This document shows positions 1 to 5,866 of a stretch of 6,932 bases of DNA, in pieces. The DNA lies in NCBI GenBank assembly GCA_022560555.1, contig JADFSZ010000092.1, positions 1-6,932 of the forward strand, in the 5' to 3' direction. Both the position numbers and the translations under genes were made by a program. The number at the start of each line of letters is the position of its first letter. Within the stretch, counting starts at the first letter, position 1. The DNA is from PVC group bacterium. Its GTDB lineage: Bacteria; GCA-001730085; JADFSZ01. The notes below the pieces were generated by a model, which was not told the origin of the DNA, made no database searches, and saw nothing but the letters and a program-made list of their open reading frames with translations.

Positions 1-204
1 CGGAACGGGAATACCAAGATTTGTCATTTCAGCAAGATTGGCCCCTTTGCCGCCAAGAAGCTGCTTCATTTTGGTTTTCCCTTCTCCTTTACCCCTACCA
101 AAGAAGTAAACATATTTCTCTTTCCGGGATTTTTTTAAGCGTGCGGGAGTTTTAATGCTTTTTCTGGTAGATGTTTTTTTTCGAGTTTTTTTCTTTGCAG
201 CCAT
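1..204 (-). CDS. ppdK: pyruvate, phosphate dikinase, N-terminal 68 codons only (the gene continues past the window start)
   Basis: My own minus-strand translation from ATG 204..202 is [68 protein letters not shown]. The KYVYFFG...M(K/R)[21 protein letters not shown] block is the conserved PPDK N-terminus (compare Clostridium symbiosum MAKWVYKFEEG..MRNLLGGKGCNLAEM). An in-frame TAA lies 18 nt upstream of the ATG. An AAAGGAA Shine-Dalgarno sits 7 nt upstream. No other canonical start occurs before the conserved KYVYFFG block. This ORF is missing from the supplied track because it runs off the window. Confidence 0.85.
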   Translation of the reverse strand, partial: MAAKKKTRKKTSTRKSIKTPARLKKSRKEKYVYFFGRGKGEGKTKMKQLLGGKGANLAEMTNLGIPVP

Positions 205-210
205 TACTGG

Positions 211-217
211 TTCCTTT
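211..217 (-). promoter_or_regulatory. Shine-Dalgarno site for ppdK
   Basis: The minus strand reads ACGAAAGGAACCAGTA-ATG. The AGGA core lies 7 nt before the ATG at 204. Confidence 0.5.
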
Positions 218-300
218 CGTTAATAAGAGTACATTTCGTCTAAATTATTGATAATAAATATGTTGGGAGGATCGTTCACTGAAGACCTCACGAGTTGTTT

Positions 301-329
301 ATGATAGCAATATTATATAGTGTTTTCAA
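301..329 (-). promoter_or_regulatory. candidate sigma70-type promoter for ppdK
   Basis: The minus strand reads TTGAAA (329..324), a 17-nt spacer, then TATCAT (306..301). Each hexamer matches consensus at 5 of 6 positions. It sits about 95 nt upstream of the ppdK ATG, in the 180-nt glyS-ppdK spacer. A perfect TATAAT (317..312) lies inside the spacer, but I found no good -35 for it. This is a sequence-pattern call only. Confidence 0.3.
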
Positions 330-384
330 GTACTTTTCGCGAGATCATTTATATACGTAAGTCTTTAATTATAAATTAATTAAG

Positions 385-2565
385 TCATGTCCCAACCACG
401 ATTTGGCGAAAATCAATCATTTCCACGAAAGTACGGCTGTTTTTCTCAAGAAGGGCAAGCCGGTTTTTTTTCAATACTTCATTGGGGGACATAACGAGGA
501 CTTCATCAAAAAAATCATCAACAAGAGGCCTCAGCGATACCAGAGCCCCAAGTGCATCATAATAATTTCTATCGCGATAGGCTTTTTCGACAGGTGTTTT
601 CACTTTTTCATACTCATTCCAGAGAATCTTTTCTTGGGAATCTTCTAACAGAGAATCACTAAACGGATGCGTTTCATGCGAGTGTTCCTGGTCTAACCAT
701 CCGGCTTGTTTGAGAATATTAGTGACCCGTGAAAATGTGGTCGTTATGGATTTAAAATCTTCCGGCTTTTCTCGGCTGAACCGGTTAACATCACTGGCAA
801 TTTTCATGATTTTGTGAATATTTAAACTCAAACGCTCCGCTTGACACACGGCCCGCGCTATGTCATAACGGATCCCCTCCTGAGTCAAAACAAATTCAAT
901 CCGGTCAAAGAGAAAATCCCGAATCCTGTTTTGCATGTTCGAATTGGGCACACCAGGAATTTTTGTCAAAGCACCGAACAAAGAAAAATCAAATTCGAAT
1001 TTTTGGGCAATTTTGATCAGTCCTGCCCCTTGACGCCGCAGGGCATAAGGATCTTTCGATCCCGTCACGATGATACCCGCTTCAAAACAATTCGCGATTG
1101 TATCCAGTTTATCCGCAAAAGATAAAACGGCCCCTATTTTTGAATCCGGTAAAGCATCCTCGGAAAAGCGAGGCAAATAATGTTCTCTTATCGCTTCAGC
1201 CGCAGCCGGGGCCTCTTTATCAAACAAAGCATATTCTTTTCCCATTTGCCCTTGAAGATCAGGAAACTCCCCCACCATATGCGTGACAAGATCCGCCTTA
1301 GAAAGCACGGAGGCTCTCAGAAGTGTTCCTAGTTCACCTGAGGATAATTTGAGATTTTCAGCCATCAGCTTACACACATCACTCACATGCTCCTGTTTGT
1401 CAAAATACGATATTTTCGTTTCCTTTAAGAAAACTACGTTTTTAAGCTTTTCGCTTTTATCAGCCAGCGTTGTTTTTGTGTCTTCATGAAAGAAAAATTC
1501 CGCGTCGGACAATCGAGCGGCTAATACTTTTTCGTTCCCCTTCACAATGCCTCCCGAGGCACCCTTGGCAACACCATTAGCCACAAAAACAAATTTTGGC
1601 AAAAGTTTTCCTTTTTTATCATGAAGCGGAAAATATCTCTGATGAGATTTCATCGCGCTCTCAAGAACACACCCGGGAAGCTCGAGAAACCGTTTATGAA
1701 ATGTTCCTGTGAGCACCACCGGATGTTCTACAAGGTTAGCAACCTCGTCTATCAAAGCCTCATCAAATGATACATTCCCCTGACTGTGTTTTTTAAGTCC
1801 TTTCACAATGATGCTTTTTCGTTCTTCAAAATCAACAATGACTCCTGCCGCTTTCATCTTTTTTTTGTATTGATGGATATTGGCTTCAGTGAGCCGGACT
1901 ATTGGCGTACGTCCCTTCAAAAACCGGTGCCCATAAGAAATCCGTCCTGATTTGACTTTTCCTATCGAAAAGTTAATCACCTTTTTGTCCAGCAAGGCTA
2001 CGACGGAACGAATCGGACGCGCAAAACGAATCAAGTTATTCGGATCCCAACGCATACTCTTTGGAAATTTCAGATTCAATATCCAATTTTGGATGATGTC
2101 CGGGAGAACTTTTTGTGCCGATTGCCCCTTGTCAGGAGGACAATCATAAAAGAGATGTTCCCGTCCGTTTCTATTCTTATAAGAGAGCTCTGCCGGGGAA
2201 ACATTAAGAGACTTCGCAAAACCAAGGGCCGCTTTGGTCCAGCTTCCGTTTTCATCGCACGCCTTATCTTTAGCAGGACCAAAAAGACCCGGGGAAACTA
2301 GTTCGGTTTGATGCAATAGAATATCTTTGACAAAAACCACAATCCGCCTCGGCGTGGCGCAAACAATCACGTCATTCGCCTTGAAAGGCTCGCTTCTTAG
2401 GCGTCCTTTTGGCGGAGCAAGATCGGACATAACCGTTCGTTCCTTTAAGAAATACTGGAGGAAGGCTTCATCAATATAGCCGGCGGGTAACTCTTCCGTG
2501 CCTATTTCCAAAAGCAAGTTGCTTGTTTTTTTATTGGTTTTTGACGTTTTTTTCTTTTTTTTCAC
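385..2565 (-). CDS. glyS: glycine--tRNA ligase beta subunit
   Basis: The ORF 385..2643 translation matches bacterial GlyRS-beta along its full length. Recognised motifs are [99 protein letters not shown] and NRLALLEK. The TGA stop is at 385..387. The start is ambiguous. I place it at GTG 2565..2563, which has AAAGG 8 nt upstream and overlaps glyQ by 35 nt. Alternatives are TTG 2571, TTG 2517 (giving [11 protein letters not shown], with no SD) and ATG 2643 (a 113-nt overlap, which I reject). Confidence 0.9.
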   Translation of the reverse strand: MKKKKKTSKTNKKTSNLLLEIGTEELPAGYIDEAFLQYFLKERTVMSDLAPPKGRLRSEPFKANDVIVCATPRRIVVFVKDILLHQTELVSPGLFGPAKDKACDENGSWTKAALGFAKSLNVSPAELSYKNRNGREHLFYDCPPDKGQSAQKVLPDIIQNWILNLKFPKSMRWDPNNLIRFARPIRSVVALLDKKVINFSIGKVKSGRISYGHRFLKGRTPIVRLTEANIHQYKKKMKAAGVIVDFEERKSIIVKGLKKHSQGNVSFDEALIDEVANLVEHPVVLTGTFHKRFLELPGCVLESAMKSHQRYFPLHDKKGKLLPKFVFVANGVAKGASGGIVKGNEKVLAARLSDAEFFFHEDTKTTLADKSEKLKNVVFLKETKISYFDKQEHVSDVCKLMAENLKLSSGELGTLLRASVLSKADLVTHMVGEFPDLQGQMGKEYALFDKEAPAAAEAIREHYLPRFSEDALPDSKIGAVLSFADKLDTIANCFEAGIIVTGSKDPYALRRQGAGLIKIAQKFEFDFSLFGALTKIPGVPNSNMQNRIRDFLFDRIEFVLTQEGIRYDIARAVCQAERLSLNIHKIMKIASDVNRFSREKPEDFKSITTTFSRVTNILKQAGWLDQEHSHETHPFSDSLLEDSQEKILWNEYEKVKTPVEKAYRDRNYYDALGALVSLRPLVDDFFDEVLVMSPNEVLKKNRLALLEKNSRTFVEMIDFRQIVVGT

Positions 2566-3406
2566 TCTCAAAACCTTTGCAATATTTTTCGGCACATTGG
2601 ATGGCCAGTTTCCGAATGCGCGCAATATATCCGACTCGCTCATTCACACTGATCGCCTTTCGGGCATCCAAGATATTAAAAGCGTGAGAACATTTTAAAA
2701 CATAGTCATAGGCCGGCCTCACAAGCCCCTTAAGAAGACACTGTCCGGCTTCTTTTTCAAACTGATCAAATGTTTCAAAATGCATCTTTACATCAGCAAC
2801 TTCAAAGCTATATTGAGAAAATTCTCTTTCGGCCTGATGGAAAATATCCCTATAGCGAAACATTTTGTTATAGGCAAGATCATAAACATTATCGACATCC
2901 TGCAAGAACATGGCGATCCGTTCCAGTCCATACGTCAGCTCCACGGAAATGGGATAAAGCTCAATCCCTCCGACCTGCTGAAAATAGGTAAACTGTGTGA
3001 CCTCCATGCCATCCAGCCAGACCTCCCACCCAAGACCCGTTGCGCCCAATGTCGGCGACTCCCAATCATCCTCGACAAAGCGTACATCATGCTTTTTAAA
3101 ATCAACGCCCATAGCCTTTAAGCTGTTTAAGTATATATCCTGGATATTTTCGGGTGAGGGTTTGATGATCACTTGAAACTGATGATGCTGATAGAGCCGA
3201 TTAGGATTGTCGCCGTAACGGCCATCGGTAGGTCTCCTGCAAGGTTCGACATAAGCCATTTGTGTCGGATGGGGCCCAAGAACACCAAAAAATGTCGCGG
3301 GGTTAAACGTCCCGGCTCCTGTTTCGACATCATAGGGCTGGCGAATGATACAGCCATAGCGGCCCCAATATTCTTGTAGTCTGAGAATAATATCTTGAAA
3401 AAACAT
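2531..3406 (-). CDS. glyQ: glycine--tRNA ligase alpha subunit
   Basis: The 291-aa translation is near-collinear with E. coli GlyQ. Shared blocks are [96 protein letters not shown], and [22 protein letters not shown]. The ATG is at 3406..3404 and the TAA at 2533..2531. Confidence 0.96.
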   Translation of the reverse strand: MFFQDIILRLQEYWGRYGCIIRQPYDVETGAGTFNPATFFGVLGPHPTQMAYVEPCRRPTDGRYGDNPNRLYQHHQFQVIIKPSPENIQDIYLNSLKAMGVDFKKHDVRFVEDDWESPTLGATGLGWEVWLDGMEVTQFTYFQQVGGIELYPISVELTYGLERIAMFLQDVDNVYDLAYNKMFRYRDIFHQAEREFSQYSFEVADVKMHFETFDQFEKEAGQCLLKGLVRPAYDYVLKCSHAFNILDARKAISVNERVGYIARIRKLAIQCAEKYCKGFESEKKEKNVKNQ

Positions 3407-3409
3407 GAC

Positions 3410-3592
3410 TTATAAAAACAGGGTTCCACACATGTCAAGTAGCATTGGCAAAATAAGCTTAAATAGACAAGAAAAATATAACATAACTACGCCCCCAAAC
3501 ACAAGACATTTGTCCGGCACTGTAAGTTGATAAATAACTGAAGATGAATGGTTTTGTGAAAAATCAGAAGGGGGAAAACCGCTGTTTTTCAT
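3410..3592 (-). CDS. hypothetical 60-aa ORF filling the cyclase-glyQ spacer (possible small membrane protein; weak support)
   Basis: ATG 3592 lies 5 nt after the cyclase TAG. The TAA at 3412..3410 lies 3 nt before the glyQ ATG. The C-terminal half (CLVFGGVVMLYFSCLFKLILPMLLDMCGTLFL) is hydrophobic. I see no convincing SD and recognise no homology. An open frame of this length in AT-rich spacer is somewhat unexpected but not decisive. Confidence 0.2.
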   Translation of the reverse strand: MKNSGFPPSDFSQNHSSSVIYQLTVPDKCLVFGGVVMLYFSCLFKLILPMLLDMCGTLFL

Positions 3593-3597
3593 GAGCT

Positions 3598-5301
3598 CTA
3601 TTTTGACTCTTTATTCTCAACATCCTCAATTGTGCCAACACAGTTTTTGCCCAATTCTTTGGCTTTATACAAACCTTCATCGGCTCTTTTAAGAACAGTC
3701 TCTTCATCATCCCCGACACGAAAACATGCTATTCCGATACTAGTGGTTATATTGAATACCTGACGACCATCTGAAATTTTATGCCTTTCTATATTCTTTC
3801 TCAGCTTTTCTGCAGCAATGAGCCCCCCTTTCAAAGCCGTCCATCTTAAAATAATGGTCATCTCGTCACCACCATATCTTGCTACCATATCCATAGTCCG
3901 CACTGTTCCCTTGATAATACCCGCAACCTCATTCAAAACAACATTCCCAACCCCGTGTCCGAACGTATCGTTAATATGCTTAAAATTGTCTATATCCATC
4001 ATGATAATGCAAAATGTTCTATTGGTTTCGGTCATTGCTTTTGAACACTCATCTCGGAGCGCAATTTTTAAAAACCTCATATTATAGAGTCCGGTAAGCT
4101 CGTCATTCATGGATAAGTCAAAAAAGCGCTTTTTTTCTATGGCCACATGCAGGAGATTGTAGACATTGATGGCCGAATAGCTTCCAAACAAAGCCACTAT
4201 AGGCATAGAACAATCCATCCATATTCCCCTCATGAACAAGGTGAATGAAGCCGCGAAAAAAACAGGGATTGAAATAAAAACGCCTATCATTTCTCTTAGC
4301 GGCTTCTCTCCTTTGGCTGAAATGGACGGCAGGAAGGCAAACAGATATATCAAAATGGTTGTCAACCACAGAGGGCTTTTTTTAATGAAATCTTGATTGA
4401 GAATATTATCAATCGTATTCGCAATGACACCGACCGCAGGGTATTCCGGCTCCAGAGGAATCGGCTTAATATCATGAAGGCCTATGCCGGTTGGACCAAC
4501 CAGGCAAATGCTATCCTTAAAATATTCGTTCTCTTTGGTATACGTTCCGCTGTCCTGAGAAGCTGCGTATAGATTTAATACTTCCAAAAAAGAGTAGTGG
4601 CGATAAGTTGTTTTCCAGCCACCCCTCCAATTTATGAGCATCTCATTATTTTTCAGGAAAGGTATTTTTATCTTTTGCGAACTACTAGCAAGAGCAAGGA
4701 AATCTTTACCAATTCGCTTAACGGCTAAACCCTGGTAATCCATTGCTATCTGTAAAGCCACATGATAATGCAGCTTCCTTGCCCCCATAAAAATCAAAGG
4801 TACTTTTCGCAAAATACCGTCGATATCGGGATAGATATTGATCGAACCCGCGCCTTTTAAATGTTTAAGGAACTTTTTTATGGGAAACAGGATCTCAACG
4901 TCCCCCTTTGCGGATTCGCGTTGACGAACGAAAGGGAGATAAACGTTGCCGGCTTGTTTAATCGATTCGCTAAAGAGGTCGTCTTGCTCTTGGGTAGATT
5001 GTTCGGAAAAAATAATGTCAAAAAATATACTTTTTGCGCCCAGTCCTTTTAATGCCTGGACAGCGGCGGCAAACCACTTACGATCCCACGGCCATTGTCC
5101 TATCTTTTGTATATTTTCATCATCAATCTCAATAATAATGATTCTGTGATCGTAAGGCTGGGGGCCTCTCAGGTGAAAAAAACTGTCTAAGACACCCTTC
5201 TCGAGACGTTGTAAAAGGTTCCCGCTGGAAAAAACCAGCACCAACGAGGACACAGACAGGGCTATTGCATAATTGATAAGTTTATATCGACTTAGTTTCA
5301 A
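3598..5301 (-). CDS. CHASE2 sensor domain-containing GGDEF (diguanylate cyclase family) membrane protein
   Basis: The protein is 567 aa. Its layout is: N-terminal TM (INYAIALSVSSLVLVFSS); a CHASE2-type extracytoplasmic region at about aa 27-310 (nt ~4372..5223) with the hallmark RIIIIEIDDENIQKIGQWPWDRKWFAAAVQAL...GAKSIFFDIIF; three TM helices at aa 311-385; and a cytoplasmic GGDEF domain at about aa 398-556 (nt ~3634..4110). GGDEF motifs seen are DELTGLYNMRF, DIDNFKHINDTFGH, an RxxD I-site (RTMD, 3889..3900), RYGGDEM (the GGDEM pentapeptide spans 3859..3873), and KRADEGLYKAK. The start is TTG 5301..5299, the only canonical start after an in-frame TGA. The TAG stop is at 3598..3600. Confidence 0.9.
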   Translation of the reverse strand: MKLSRYKLINYAIALSVSSLVLVFSSGNLLQRLEKGVLDSFFHLRGPQPYDHRIIIIEIDDENIQKIGQWPWDRKWFAAAVQALKGLGAKSIFFDIIFSEQSTQEQDDLFSESIKQAGNVYLPFVRQRESAKGDVEILFPIKKFLKHLKGAGSINIYPDIDGILRKVPLIFMGARKLHYHVALQIAMDYQGLAVKRIGKDFLALASSSQKIKIPFLKNNEMLINWRGGWKTTYRHYSFLEVLNLYAASQDSGTYTKENEYFKDSICLVGPTGIGLHDIKPIPLEPEYPAVGVIANTIDNILNQDFIKKSPLWLTTILIYLFAFLPSISAKGEKPLREMIGVFISIPVFFAASFTLFMRGIWMDCSMPIVALFGSYSAINVYNLLHVAIEKKRFFDLSMNDELTGLYNMRFLKIALRDECSKAMTETNRTFCIIMMDIDNFKHINDTFGHGVGNVVLNEVAGIIKGTVRTMDMVARYGGDEMTIILRWTALKGGLIAAEKLRKNIERHKISDGRQVFNITTSIGIACFRVGDDEETVLKRADEGLYKAKELGKNCVGTIEDVENKESK

Positions 5302-5303
5302 TA

Positions 5304-5777
5304 CTATTCCAATGCCTCGACTTCAACAGAAAAGGTTGTTCCTCTCACACCCACAACAGATGTCGGCGTTTTGATCTCAAACTTTGAATTCTCATTATGC
5401 AGTTCTTTTGCCCTGATCAAAACTTTACCGATAGCTAGATCCAGCAACGTTGTCTGGGCACCATCCTTGTCATCCGTCATAAGCTCCAAAATCAAGAGCT
5501 GGGAGTTCTCACTTATCTCAATTTCAGAAGTCTCGCCTGATCCGTTCAGGATGATCAGGGCGAAAGATTTTGATTTGGTTTTTATAATATCACCTTGATT
5601 AAGAATCATATTTTTTTGGACAGGAACCCAATTTTCCTGACCGGAGAGTTTCGCTTCCACCTCCCCCTCAAGCTCAACAACCTTTGCGACACGCGGAATC
5701 TCTTTAGAATATGCCTGTGAAGACATAATCATGACAAATACTGCCATGCAAATATACGTGAAAATCTTCATCTTCAT
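5304..5777 (-). CDS. secreted FecR-domain protein
   Basis: The protein is 157 aa. It has a Sec-type signal peptide (MKMKIFTYICMAVFVMIMSSQAYS/KE) followed by a single FecR-like beta-sandwich pattern: G.VE......W.PV.....L..GD.I.T...S.A.I.L......I......L......., then L..G.VLIR......KFEIKTP.SVVGVRGTTFSVE. The ATG at 5777 has a strong SD (GGAGGTGG) 3 nt upstream. The TAG stop is at 5304..5306. Confidence 0.85.
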   Translation of the reverse strand: MKMKIFTYICMAVFVMIMSSQAYSKEIPRVAKVVELEGEVEAKLSGQENWVPVQKNMILNQGDIIKTKSKSFALIILNGSGETSEIEISENSQLLILELMTDDKDGAQTTLLDLAIGKVLIRAKELHNENSKFEIKTPTSVVGVRGTTFSVEVEALE

Positions 5778-5780
5778 AAT

Positions 5781-5788
5781 CCACCTCC
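5781..5788 (-). promoter_or_regulatory. Shine-Dalgarno site for the FecR-domain gene
   Basis: The minus strand reads ACAGGAGGTGGATT-ATG. This is the closest match to anti-SD complementarity anywhere in the window. Confidence 0.65.
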
Positions 5789-5796
5789 TGTATGTT

Positions 5797-5831
5797 AACG
5801 TATTTAGTTAGATGAACTAAAGTCAATTATA
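5797..5831 (-). promoter_or_regulatory. candidate promoter elements upstream of the FecR / CHASE2-GGDEF pair
   Basis: The elements lie in the 89-nt gap after the exoprotein stop. On the minus strand, TTGACT (5826..5821) is followed by 18 nt and then TACGTT (5802..5797). A perfect TATAAT (5831..5826) overlaps the TTGACT but lacks a good -35. A 6-bp inverted repeat, TTAGTT-n5-AACTAA (5804..5820), sits in the spacer. Pattern-based only. Confidence 0.25.
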
Positions 5832-5866
5832 TTTGATCTATTGCATGCAGCATTTTACACTTCATC

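Noticed and set aside
365-383. A 7-bp inverted repeat, TTAATTA-n5-TAATTAA, sits immediately downstream of the glyS stop and could be a terminator.
   Set aside because: The stem is entirely A/T, so it is very weak, and it lacks a proper U-tract context. It is indistinguishable from AT-rich low complexity.
2566-2643. The longest glyS ORF starts at ATG 2643 and overlaps glyQ by 113 nt.
   Set aside because: The overlapped bases encode the conserved GlyQ C-terminal helix ([24 protein letters not shown]) in the other frame. The glyS-frame product ([26 protein letters not shown]) resembles no GlyS N-terminus, and homology begins only at LLLEIG. A downstream GTG or TTG start is more plausible.
2498-2698. 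A plus-strand ORF with a poly-Phe run (FFFFF) crosses the glyQ/glyS junction.
   Set aside because: The Phe run is just the complement of the A-tracts (Lys codons) of the real minus-strand genes. There is no independent support for it.
3419-3431. A T-box-like string, GUGUGGAACCCUG, resembles the glyQS T-box core GGGUGGNACCGCG, including UGGA for the tRNA-Gly acceptor end.
   Set aside because: Only 9 of 13 positions match. I could not find a Stem I, a specifier loop with GGC, or the AG or GNUGGA boxes upstream. Only about 12 nt remain before the ATG, which leaves no room for a terminator or sequestrator helix.
3409-3438. A near-consensus sigma70 promoter, TTGACA (3438..3433), 18 nt, TATAAG (3414..3409), lies on the minus strand just before glyQ.
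   Set aside because: The -10 hexamer ends 2 nt before the glyQ ATG. The expected transcription start would therefore fall inside the coding sequence, downstream of the only plausible start codon. It cannot serve glyQ as annotated, even as a leaderless mRNA. I treat it as a chance match in AT-rich sequence unless TSS mapping shows otherwise.
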